The notes below the pieces were generated by a model, which saw only the letters and a program-made list of their open reading frames with translations, had not been told where the DNA came from and did not search any database. A program made the position numbers and the translations under genes. This document shows positions 1 to 7,667 of a stretch of 24,000 bases of DNA, piece after piece. The stretch is from assembly GCA_965119215.1 (NCBI GenBank), contig CBCPKK010000005.1:246208-270207 (forward strand), written 5' to 3'. The stretch's first letter is position 1; every line of letters begins with the position of its first letter. The DNA is from an uncultured Buttiauxella sp. GTDB lineage: Bacteria > Pseudomonadota > Gammaproteobacteria > Enterobacterales > Enterobacteriaceae.

Positions 1-3000
1 GCTCCAACAAATTTTGAACTTCATGGCTTTGAGGAATGGAGTCAAAACGATTTTGCGAAACGAATTGATTTAGTCAAAGAGATTGTTGAGAGAATTACGG
101 ATATTGGATTACCCGATAATCACCCATGGAACGGTGTAAACCTTGAAGAAATATTACCAGTTGAAGTTGAACGGTTAATTTCTCGATTAAGCAATGTGCA
201 AGCGATGGTCGCACAGTTGCAATCGGATACTAATTGTCTTAGTGAAAAGCTCGCTATCATTCCAGTACCACTCATATTTTCAGAACTGGGGCGATTAGTA
301 CATATTGCTGAGTCGGTAGTTGACGCACCTGATATTTCTGCTGAAGCTTTAACCTCTATTGACTGGCAAGAAAATATAACTTCCGTTAAAAAACTTATTG
401 ATAGCATCAGGCGATACCAAGATTCTTATCAAGAGCTAGAACAATACATTGTTGTAAGTGAATTAGAAATGCCAGTAGTTGAACTGGATAACGAACTAGC
501 TAAATTGCCTCAAGATTTTAATTCAAAGGGATTTATAGCATCACGGAATTTATTGAAACCCTTGCAGAAACTATCTCAAGATGCGATGCGGTTGCATGAA
601 GAGCTCGGTACTCATGAGGGATTCAGTTCTATTCAGGAAATAGAACGACTTATCGCATTAGGGGAAAGAGTTTCTGCTGCCCCGAATGCATGCCCGGATG
701 CCTTCATTGCTTCTGTTTGGGATCATGGTGTAGAGAAAGCTGCTGAATTAGTCGATTCGATAGCAACATTCGATACCATATATAACGCAATTAGTGACAA
801 GATTAATGAATCGTCCTGGGAAATGGATTTAGTTATAGCCAGAAATCACCTTGCAAGCCATACCGGGATTTTTCGCTTTTTCAACTCTGACTGGAGAAAG
901 GCGAAAGCGTTAGTCGGTTCTCTCCTTAAAAAACCGGATCAACCGATACCACAACAAATAGCATTGCTCGATGAACTCATTCGCGGCCAGGTAGCGAGAA
1001 AAACAATCAAAGAAAACAATGAGTTTGGTCGTTCAGCTTTTGGAAGTGATTGGCGAGGAGAAAAAAGCGATAGTACTTCTTTGATGGCTCTCGTTGAATG
1101 GATGAGAACGTTGCGTGGCGTTGGAGTGGAAGCTCGGCAATTAGCGGGTCGTCTTGCAGATCGTGAAGGTATAAAGCTTCGAACCCAACAATTAAATATA
1201 TTGCTACAGCAAGTCAGACTAGAGCTAGATACGCTCTGGCATGCCTTTGGACTCTCACCCGAAGAGTATTTTTCGAATCAATTGTCTATCTCTCGCGTAC
1301 CTTTAATCTTCATCGAGCAGCGTGTACAGAAGCTGAATTGGATCGATGAAATATCGAGAAAGGTTCTGATCAATCCACCACTTCGTATTGATGAACGAAG
1401 CCAGCTAATACTAAGAATTATAGAGCTTCAAGAACTGGCTTCTCAGATCCATTCTGAAAAGATGATTGGTGAAAATGCGTTTGGTATTCAATGGAAAGCA
1501 CAATCATCTGATGTGAAGATACTCAGTCATGCGTACGACTGGATTGAACAATATTCAGATTTACGCTTTGTTGCCGCGAAAATTACAGATCGCACCGCAG
1601 TGCTTTTATCGGCAATAGCTGCTGTGGATTCCGGCAAGCAAATCTCAGATCATATTCTTCTGATTGCGGAAGAATTGCGTTCCAAACCTGAGTTGCTCTT
1701 CGGGGTAGCAAGCTTTGATCAATTATCGTTTAATTGTGTTGCTCAAAAGCTACAAACCTGGATATCCCATTCAGAACAGCTTTCTAAATGGGTTGCATAC
1801 CGCCATCGTGTTTCTTTAGCGCACCAATTTGGTCTGGGTGAGGTCGTAGCCAGGCTAGCCATTGGGCAACTCAACCTCGATTCCTGCCTCTCGTCGGTGG
1901 AAAGAACATATTACGAATCTTTGTTAAGAACAATGGTCATGAAAGAACCCGAATTAGCACGTTTTGATGGAGAGTTGCATTCCCGTCAGGTGGCGGGCTT
2001 TGCTGACCTCGATCTTAAACGAATCAAGGCTGCAAGCCTTGAAGTCGTGCGGGCACACCACAAACAGATCCCATCAAAAAATGCCGGTTTTGGTCCCATT
2101 GGGATTTTGCGTTCCGAGATGGTGAAAAAAAGAGGGCATATGCCTATCCGGCAATTGATGTCGAAGGCGGGATCGGCAATTCAAGCACTAAAACCAGTAA
2201 TGATGATGAGCCCATTATCCGTTGCTCAATTCCTGCTCCCAGGAAAACAGAAATTTGACCTTCTGGTTATGGATGAGGCTAGCCAGATACAGCCCGTTGA
2301 TGCTATTGGTGCCATTGCACGTTGTAAACAAGTTGTCGTAGTGGGGGATGAGCGTCAACTTCCACCGACGCGCTTCTTCGCCAAAATGACTGAGTCAGTG
2401 AATGATGATGACGATGATGTCGCTCAAGTTTCTGATATTGAAAGCATACTTGGGTTGTTTGTTGCGCGGGGTTTACCGCAACGAATGTTAAGATGGCACT
2501 ATCGTAGTCGACATGAATCTTTGATCGCCGTTTCAAATACTCAGTTTTATGAAAATAAACTCTTTATTGTTCCTAGCCCTTACACTCAGGAAGCAGGAAT
2601 GGGGTTGCAATTCCGGCATGTACCAGAGGGCTTTTTTGAAACAGGGAAAGGCGTTAATGCTGTTGAGGCTAAACAAGTCGCTTTGGCCATAATGGAACAT
2701 GCTCGTAAGTATCCAGAGCAGTCGTTGGGTGTAGCAACATTTTCCGTTTCACAGCGTAAAGTGATCCAGGATGAACTTGAACTATTGCGACGATTGAATC
2801 CTGATTTAGAGGAATTCTTTAACGCCCATCCCAGCGAACCATTCTTTGTCAAAAACCTTGAAAACGTCCAGGGTGATGAACGCGATGTCATTATGATATC
2901 AGTCGGTTATGCACGAAATGCTCAGGGCTATATGGCGATGCGTTTTGGACCTTTGGGAGCAGAAGGTGGGGAGCGTAGGCTTAATGTTTTAATTAGTCGT

Positions 3001-4158
3001 GCAAAACGACGTTGTGAAGTTTTCGCTTCTATAACTGATGAAGATATCGATTTAGAACGCGCGAAAGGTAAGGGAGTGTTTGCCTTCAAACTCTTTTTAC
3101 AATATGCCCGAACAGGTCGAATCTCTTTAGCCCAGCGTACTGAAAAAGAGATGGACAGTATCTTTGAAGAACAGGTCGCTAATGCGCTTCAAAACGCGGG
3201 TTATCAGGTTCACCCTCAAGTCGGTATTGCAGGATTCTTTATTGATATAGGGATTGCCGATCCCGAAATGCCTGGTCGCTATTTGTTAGGGATTGAATGT
3301 GACGGTCGCGCCTACCATTCTTCCCGTTCTGCGCGCGAGCGAGATCGCTTGCGTCAGGCAGTGCTTGAAGATCACGGATGGATTATTCACCGGATTTGGA
3401 GTACTGATTGGTTCCAGCGTCCAGCGGAACAATTGCACCGGACGCTATTGGCAATTGAGTCAGCTAAACGCGAACTGTCTGAACGTGCAGAGCACACTCA
3501 GCAGCGCACTCGTGCGGTACCAGTAGACATCATCACGGTTGATAGAGGCCCTGTTGTCGAGATTGGACTGGTAGACGCTGACGTTGTGGCGGCAACAACG
3601 GAAGATTACATCGAAGCCACCCCGGTGGGGCACCTTAACTATGAACTGCATGAAACACCATTAGGTATTCTTACAGAAATAGTTGAACAAATTATTGAAA
3701 CTGAATCTCCTGTGCATTTTAGTGAAGTTATTACTCGAATCAGAACTGCCTGGGGATTACAGCGCTCAGGAGCAAGGATTGAGGCGGTAGTAAATAGAGT
3801 AATCAATCTTGTCTGTAATAAAGGTGAAGTTACCAGAGATGGGCAATTTTTAATTCACCAAAAATCGACTATTTCTCTGAGAAATCGGCAAAACGTCAAA
3901 TCGTTGGGGCTTCGAAAGATTGAAATGCTTCCCCCAAAAGAAATTGCTATTGGTGTTGCTCAAGTGGTTAAGAACAATTTGGGGGCAACAGATGACGAGA
4001 TTGTCGTATCAATTTCAAGAATGCTGGGTTTTAAATCAACCAGTAGTTCTTTGCGAAAAACAATAGTAGACGTGTTGGATAATCTTATCGACGAAGGTCT
4101 TTTTGTACGGGAAGACGCATTGGTGTTAGAAAATAAACTAGCCGTTGAAGCTGAGTAA
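1..4158 (+). CDS. 5'-truncated giant SF1 (Upf1-like) helicase fused to a Vsr/DUF559-like endonuclease fold and a DUF3320-like C-terminal region; architecture of Hhe-type single-gene anti-phage helicase-nucleases
   Basis: Frame 1 is open from nt 1 (APTNFELHGFEEW...) into the 196..4158 ORF, so the N-terminus lies upstream of the window. Helicase motifs read directly: DLLVMDEASQ (2257-2286), VVVVGDERQLPPT (2332-2370), YRSRHESL (2500-2523), VQGDERDVIMISVG (2866-2907), ERRLNVLISRAKRR (2971-3012). No Walker A (GxxxxGK[ST]) occurs in the visible 1385 aa. Nuclease-like block FEEQVANALQNAGY...GIECDGRAYH...RDRLRQAVLEDHGWIIHRIWSTDW spans about 3163-3411. SPVHFSEVITRIRTAWGLQRSGARIEAVVNRVINLV (3706-3813) resembles DUF3320. 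Stop TAA at 4156-4158 is followed by a hairpin. Confidence 0.85.
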   Translation, partial: APTNFELHGFEEWSQNDFAKRIDLVKEIVERITDIGLPDNHPWNGVNLEEILPVEVERLISRLSNVQAMVAQLQSDTNCLSEKLAIIPVPLIFSELGRLVHIAESVVDAPDISAEALTSIDWQENITSVKKLIDSIRRYQDSYQELEQYIVVSELEMPVVELDNELAKLPQDFNSKGFIASRNLLKPLQKLSQDAMRLHEELGTHEGFSSIQEIERLIALGERVSAAPNACPDAFIASVWDHGVEKAAELVDSIATFDTIYNAISDKINESSWEMDLVIARNHLASHTGIFRFFNSDWRKAKALVGSLLKKPDQPIPQQIALLDELIRGQVARKTIKENNEFGRSAFGSDWRGEKSDSTSLMALVEWMRTLRGVGVEARQLAGRLADREGIKLRTQQLNILLQQVRLELDTLWHAFGLSPEEYFSNQLSISRVPLIFIEQRVQKLNWIDEISRKVLINPPLRIDERSQLILRIIELQELASQIHSEKMIGENAFGIQWKAQSSDVKILSHAYDWIEQYSDLRFVAAKITDRTAVLLSAIAAVDSGKQISDHILLIAEELRSKPELLFGVASFDQLSFNCVAQKLQTWISHSEQLSKWVAYRHRVSLAHQFGLGEVVARLAIGQLNLDSCLSSVERTYYESLLRTMVMKEPELARFDGELHSRQVAGFADLDLKRIKAASLEVVRAHHKQIPSKNAGFGPIGILRSEMVKKRGHMPIRQLMSKAGSAIQALKPVMMMSPLSVAQFLLPGKQKFDLLVMDEASQIQPVDAIGAIARCKQVVVVGDERQLPPTRFFAKMTESVNDDDDDVAQVSDIESILGLFVARGLPQRMLRWHYRSRHESLIAVSNTQFYENKLFIVPSPYTQEAGMGLQFRHVPEGFFETGKGVNAVEAKQVALAIMEHARKYPEQSLGVATFSVSQRKVIQDELELLRRLNPDLEEFFNAHPSEPFFVKNLENVQGDERDVIMISVGYARNAQGYMAMRFGPLGAEGGERRLNVLISRAKRRCEVFASITDEDIDLERAKGKGVFAFKLFLQYARTGRISLAQRTEKEMDSIFEEQVANALQNAGYQVHPQVGIAGFFIDIGIADPEMPGRYLLGIECDGRAYHSSRSARERDRLRQAVLEDHGWIIHRIWSTDWFQRPAEQLHRTLLAIESAKRELSERAEHTQQRTRAVPVDIITVDRGPVVEIGLVDADVVAATTEDYIEATPVGHLNYELHETPLGILTEIVEQIIETESPVHFSEVITRIRTAWGLQRSGARIEAVVNRVINLVCNKGEVTRDGQFLIHQKSTISLRNRQNVKSLGLRKIEMLPPKEIAIGVAQVVKNNLGATDDEIVVSISRMLGFKSTSSSLRKTIVDVLDNLIDEGLFVREDALVLENKLAVEAE

Positions 4159-4177
4159 TCCAGAACAGTGATGCACT

Positions 4178-4205
4178 TAAGGGCTTAATGTTTATTAAGC
4201 CCTTA
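4178..4205 (+). terminator. Rho-independent terminator hairpin between the convergent helicase gene and rnk
   Basis: Perfect 11-bp stem taagggcttaa (4178-4188) / ttaagccctta (4195-4205) with loop tgttta, followed on the + strand by tttatct. The tail on the - strand is not U-rich, so it is mainly convincing for the + gene. Confidence 0.6.
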
Positions 4206-4210
4206 TTTAT

Positions 4211-4621
4211 CTAGCGGTGGTACTCGCCAGCAGCTTCTGGCTGGTATTGCAGCTCCAGCACTTCCAGATGCGTTTGGTTACCGTTCGGTAACGTCCAGTT
4301 AATCACGGCTCCGACTCGTAAACCCAGTAATGCCGCACCAACGGGGGCCATCACTGAAAGCTGATTGTCGCTGTCATTCAGGTTTACCGGATAAACCAGT
4401 GTGCGAACATGCTCCTCTTTCGAAGCCAAATCGCGGAATTTTACGCGGCTGTTCATTGTTACGACGTCTGCCGGGATATCAGCAGGCTTACGCATTTCAG
4501 CTCTGTCCAGTTCTGCGTTCAGCGCCATAGCTACAGGCTGGTTGGCAAATTGTGGTTGCTCCAGCAAACGGTCGATACGCTCGGCATCGAGTTCATTGAT
4601 GATAATGGCTGGTCTGGACAT
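4211..4621 (-). CDS. rnk: Regulator of nucleoside diphosphate kinase (GreA/GreB C-terminal-domain family)
   Basis: 136 aa starting [23 protein letters not shown]... and ending ...[18 protein letters not shown], colinear with E. coli Rnk as I recall it. GGAGAG Shine-Dalgarno lies 6-7 nt upstream of the ATG at 4621. The longer 159-aa ORF would run through the upstream terminator hairpin. Confidence 0.9.
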   Translation of the reverse strand: MSRPAIIINELDAERIDRLLEQPQFANQPVAMALNAELDRAEMRKPADIPADVVTMNSRVKFRDLASKEEHVRTLVYPVNLNDSDNQLSVMAPVGAALLGLRVGAVINWTLPNGNQTHLEVLELQYQPEAAGEYHR

Positions 4622-4670
4622 ATTTCTCTCCATGTAAAAAAGCAGGCACTCTTGTGTCTGATGGTCGACC

Positions 4671-4708
4671 TTACAAAAGAAAACCCTCACCGGTTAGAGT
4701 GAGGGTTT
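4671..4708 (-). terminator. Rho-independent terminator of the GntP-family permease gene
   Basis: Stem aaaccctcac (4681-4690) / gtgagggttt (4699-4708) with an 8-nt loop. The minus-strand RNA reads AAACCCUCAC-UCUAACCG-GUGAGGGUUU followed by UCUUUUGU. Confidence 0.7.
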
Positions 4709-4772
4709 GGTCTGTAGTGATGATACTGAGCTTAACGCTTAGTTTAAAGTGAGTTAAGTCACAAACTACAGT

Positions 4773-6149
4773 TTACAAAATAATGCTGCCTACCAGAGCG
4801 AACAGGAAGGCGATAGTCCCGATCAGCGTTTCCATCACGGTCCAGGTTTTCAGTGTGGTTTTCTCGTCCATTTCCAGGAAACGGCCAACCAGCCAGAAGC
4901 CGGAGTCGTTTACGTGAGACAGCACGGTCGCACCACCCGCAATCGCAACCACGATGAAGCACAGGTCGAACTGGCTCAGGCCAGGCGTTGCAGCAACCAT
5001 TGGTGAAATCAACGCCGCAGTGGTAGTCAGCGCTACGGTTGCAGAACCTTGCGCCACACGCAGAGCCGTAGAGATAACAAACGCGGCAACAATCACCGGC
5101 ATACCGGTATCAGACAAGATACCCGCCAGCGCATCACCAATGCCACTCGCACGCAGTACACCACCGAACATGCCACCCGCACCGGTCACCAGGATGATGC
5201 CGCAGATTGGGCCAAGCGCACCATCACACACTTTTTCCAGATGCTGACGGCTATGGCGACCGCTGAACACAGCAAGAGCAACGAAGACGGTGATCAGCAG
5301 CGCAACAGGGGTTTTACCCAGCATACGCAGGAATTGAATCACAGTGCTATCCGCGCTCACCCAACCGAGAACGGTCGCAGTGTTCAGGCCGGTATCGAGG
5401 AAAATCAGCACCAGTGGCAGCAGCAAAATACTTAACACGGTGCCAAATGCAGGTGGCTGGTGTTTAGGGTCAGGCTCGATATTGCCAAGGAAAGAAGAAG
5501 GCAGTGGAACTTCGAATTTTTTACCCGCGTACAGACCAAACAGATAGGCACCGAGGTACCAGGTCGGAAGCGCGATAACCAGGCCAACAACCACCAACAG
5601 ACCGATGTTCGCGCCCAGCAGTTCGCTGGCAGCAACCGGGCCAGGATGGGGTGGCAGCAATGCGTGCATTACTGCAAACGCACCCGCAGCAGGCAGCGCA
5701 TATTTCAGCGTAGAACCGCCAAATTGTTTCGCTACGCTGAAGATAATTGGCAGCATAACGACCAGGCCCGCATCAAAGAAGATCGGGAAGCCGAACAGCA
5801 ACGATGCCACGCCAAGCGCCAGTGGAGCACGCTGTGAACCAAATTTACCGACCAACGTGTCAGCAAGAACTTTGGCACCGCCAGAGATTTCGAGCAAACG
5901 GCCAATCATTGCGCCGAGGCCAACCAGCAGAGCAACGCCCGCCAGGGTACTACCAAAACCGCCCAGAATAGTGGGGACGATTTTATCAAACGGAACACCG
6001 GTCACCAGGGCGACGACCACACTCACCAGTGTTAATGCTAAGAAGGCATGCACTTTGAAGCGCATGATGAGAATAAGCAGGAGTACTACTGAGCAGGCTG
6101 CGATCCCTAGCAGGGTTCCTGCACCGTAATGGGCGGTTATTTCGGTCAT
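4773..6149 (-). CDS. GntP-family (gluconate/sugar-acid:H+) permease
   Basis: 458 aa from MTEITAHYGAGTLLGIAA..., polytopic and hydrophobic. It carries GntP-family signatures (PPHPGP, GSATVA, SHVNDSGFWLV, LKTWTVMETL) alignable to E. coli GntT/GntP/IdnT as recalled. AGAGGA SD lies 8 nt upstream of the ATG at 6149; the TTG-extended 474-aa version lacks an SD. Confidence 0.9.
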   Translation of the reverse strand: MTEITAHYGAGTLLGIAACSVVLLLILIMRFKVHAFLALTLVSVVVALVTGVPFDKIVPTILGGFGSTLAGVALLVGLGAMIGRLLEISGGAKVLADTLVGKFGSQRAPLALGVASLLFGFPIFFDAGLVVMLPIIFSVAKQFGGSTLKYALPAAGAFAVMHALLPPHPGPVAASELLGANIGLLVVVGLVIALPTWYLGAYLFGLYAGKKFEVPLPSSFLGNIEPDPKHQPPAFGTVLSILLLPLVLIFLDTGLNTATVLGWVSADSTVIQFLRMLGKTPVALLITVFVALAVFSGRHSRQHLEKVCDGALGPICGIILVTGAGGMFGGVLRASGIGDALAGILSDTGMPVIVAAFVISTALRVAQGSATVALTTTAALISPMVAATPGLSQFDLCFIVVAIAGGATVLSHVNDSGFWLVGRFLEMDEKTTLKTWTVMETLIGTIAFLFALVGSIIL

Positions 6150-6212
6150 ATATTTGTCCTCTGCGCCGAATTTGTAGGTGAATTGCACACTAAGCATAAT
6201 TCACCGCATTGC

Positions 6213-6241
6213 TGATACCGGTAACATGATATCGGTAACAT
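6213..6241. promoter_or_regulatory. Two tandem, abutting GntR/IdnR-type (LacI-family) operator-like imperfect palindromes in the permease promoter region
   Basis: tgataccggtaacat (6213-6227) and tgatatcggtaacat (6227-6241) share one T. Each reads TGTTAC-CG-GTATCA/ATATCA on the other strand, close to the TGTTAC..GTAACA core I recall for enterobacterial GntR operators. They lie 64-92 nt upstream of the permease ATG and overlap a possible TTACCG-17-AATTAT promoter on the minus strand. Confidence 0.5.
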
Positions 6242-6442
6242 GGCGCTGTCGGGAATGGACCCCCTCATGTTTATTAACAATTTGAGAGCAAGGTCAAACT
6301 ATCGAAATAAACCCTCACTAACATCAGTGGATCAATTGCCCAGCGTAAATAAACCTGTCACGCGCAAAATTTACCCTACCCTTTATAGGCACGTTCCACC
6401 TATGCGCCTTGTGCGGTCATCATCACCTGAACAGGAGATATC

Positions 6443-7273
6443 ATGAGCCATTTCGACAAACTCACGTTAAAGGACGGCAGTTCTCTTTATTTTAAGGATT
6501 GGGGAAAAGGGCAACCGGTCGTCTTCAGCCACGGCTGGCCATTAACGGCGGATGCGTTTGAAGATCAGATGTTTTTCCTTGGGCAAAAAGGATTCCGGGT
6601 TATTGCTCATGACCGTCGAGGACACGGGCGCTCATCCCAAACCTGGGACGGTAATAACATGGACCAGTACGCTGATGACCTGGCGGAACTGACCGCGCAT
6701 TTGAATCTGAAAGAGGCGATTCATGTTGGGCATTCAACCGGCGGTGGGGAAGTGGCGCGCTACATTGGGCGGCATGGTACGGATCGCGTGGCGAAAGCGG
6801 TTCTGATAAGCGCCGTTCCGCCCATCATGGTGAAAACAGATTTCAACCCTAATGGCGTACCCATTGACGTGTTTGATGGTATCCGTGAAGGCGTGCGAGC
6901 TAACCGCGCGGACTTTTTCAAAGAACTCACTATGGCGTTTTACGGCTATAACCGTTCTGGGGCAGAAATCTCGGAAGGGGTCAGAGAGAGTTTTGTTGAG
7001 CAAGGCATGCAGGGCGGAATCAAAGCGCTATACGACTGTATTAAAGCGTTCTCTGAAACCGATATGCGCGAAGACTTAAAGAAAATGACCATTCCGACGC
7101 TGGTTATTCATGGTGACGACGACCAAATTGTGCCGTTTGAAACCTGCGGGAAAGTCATTGCGGCAACATTATCGAACTCGATTTTCAAGGTCTATGAAGG
7201 CGGGTCGCACGGCATTTGTACCACGGAGAAAGACCGGGTAAATGCGGATTTGCTGGAGTTTATCACCTCGTAA
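6443..7273 (+). CDS. Alpha/beta hydrolase of the cofactor-free (non-haem) haloperoxidase / perhydrolase-arylesterase type
   Basis: 276 aa with GGAGA SD 6 nt upstream. Nucleophile elbow GHSTGG, acid [10 protein letters not shown] and histidine GGSHGI form a Ser-Asp-His triad. The N-terminus [20 protein letters not shown] is typical of this subfamily. Confidence 0.88.
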   Translation: MSHFDKLTLKDGSSLYFKDWGKGQPVVFSHGWPLTADAFEDQMFFLGQKGFRVIAHDRRGHGRSSQTWDGNNMDQYADDLAELTAHLNLKEAIHVGHSTGGGEVARYIGRHGTDRVAKAVLISAVPPIMVKTDFNPNGVPIDVFDGIREGVRANRADFFKELTMAFYGYNRSGAEISEGVRESFVEQGMQGGIKALYDCIKAFSETDMREDLKKMTIPTLVIHGDDDQIVPFETCGKVIAATLSNSIFKVYEGGSHGICTTEKDRVNADLLEFITS

Positions 7274-7295
7274 TTTTCGCTACATCAGATATTTG

Positions 7296-7349
7296 AAAAC
7301 CGCCCTTATTCCTTGACTCTCTGCCAGTGCGTCAGGGTAAGGGCGGTTT
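7296..7349. terminator. Bidirectional Rho-independent terminator (long imperfect hairpin)
   Basis: Outer arms aaaaccgccctta (7296-7308) / taagggcggttt (7338-7349), extended inward by ccttgac / gtcaggg with one G-U pair. U-rich tails occur on both strands (gtttgtttg on +, ttttcaaatat on -). Confidence 0.65.
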
Positions 7350-7364
7350 GTTTGCCGCCCCGTG

Positions 7365-7517
7365 TTAAGCCTTTTTCGCAACGGGGAGCATAATTTCTTT
7401 CAGTATTTCATAGCGTTGTTGCGGAGAAAGCCAAATCAAACCCAGCAGTTTGTGTTTCTGACCTTCGTGTTCGAATTGGGTTTTTAGCTGCAGTAAAAAA
7501 CGTTTTGTCGTGTTCAT
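7365..7517 (-). CDS. Small hypothetical protein (50 aa), no family recognised
   Basis: MNTTKRFLLQLKTQFEHEGQKHKLLGLIWLSPQQRYEILKEIMLPVAKKA. A strong SD (cGGAGGtcattATG) precedes the ATG at 7517. The gene is bracketed by a terminator downstream and a 150-bp divergent region shared with ypdC. Confidence 0.45.
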   Translation of the reverse strand: MNTTKRFLLQLKTQFEHEGQKHKLLGLIWLSPQQRYEILKEIMLPVAKKA

Positions 7518-7667
7518 AATGACCTCCGTATTTGATAAGCAAAGCCTATGCCTCAAAACCCGGAACTAATAGTGAACTGATTGTTTTTTGTCTTCCGTAT
7601 TTATGGTGATTTAATTGTACAGGGTGCTCGGGTAGGCTTGGGTTTTCCTTCTTACGGACAATCCACC

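Noticed and set aside
2398-2439. Acidic run SVNDDDDDVAQVSD between helicase motifs III and IV
   Set aside because: It is a short low-complexity linker-like insert. It is not a nucleotide repeat of note and gives no independent evidence of function, so I mention it only as a feature of the helicase.
120-3651. Antisense or alternative-frame ORFs inside the helicase gene (120..407-, 2303..2536-, 2586..2891-, 3293..3526+, 3460..3651-)
   Set aside because: All are fully nested in a long ORF with clear helicase/nuclease motifs. They lack Shine-Dalgarno sequences and have low-complexity or odd composition, so they are shadow ORFs.
4622-4690. N-terminal extension of the rnk ORF (159-aa version starting at 4690)
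   Set aside because: The extension runs through the permease terminator hairpin and lacks an SD. The internal ATG at 4621 has a GGAGAG SD and gives the canonical 136-aa Rnk.
4764-4771. aactacag near the left edge versus aacctacag (19985-19993) near the right edge of the 15-kb block as flanking direct repeats or an att scar
   Set aside because: The match is 8-9 nt and imperfect, the right copy lies inside the rna coding sequence, and the statistical weight is negligible.
4954-6129. Long plus-strand ORFs antisense to the GntP permease (97-174 aa, for example 5605..6129)
   Set aside because: Their Ala/Pro/Arg/Thr-rich products are typical of the reverse frame of a GC-rich membrane-protein gene. 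They have no SD or motifs. The minus-strand gene is unambiguous.
6240-6446. 68-aa ORF in the permease/hydrolase intergenic region
   Set aside because: It has no SD and starts inside the operator repeat. The peptide has no recognisable features, and it ends overlapping the hydrolase start. It is most likely non-coding promoter DNA.
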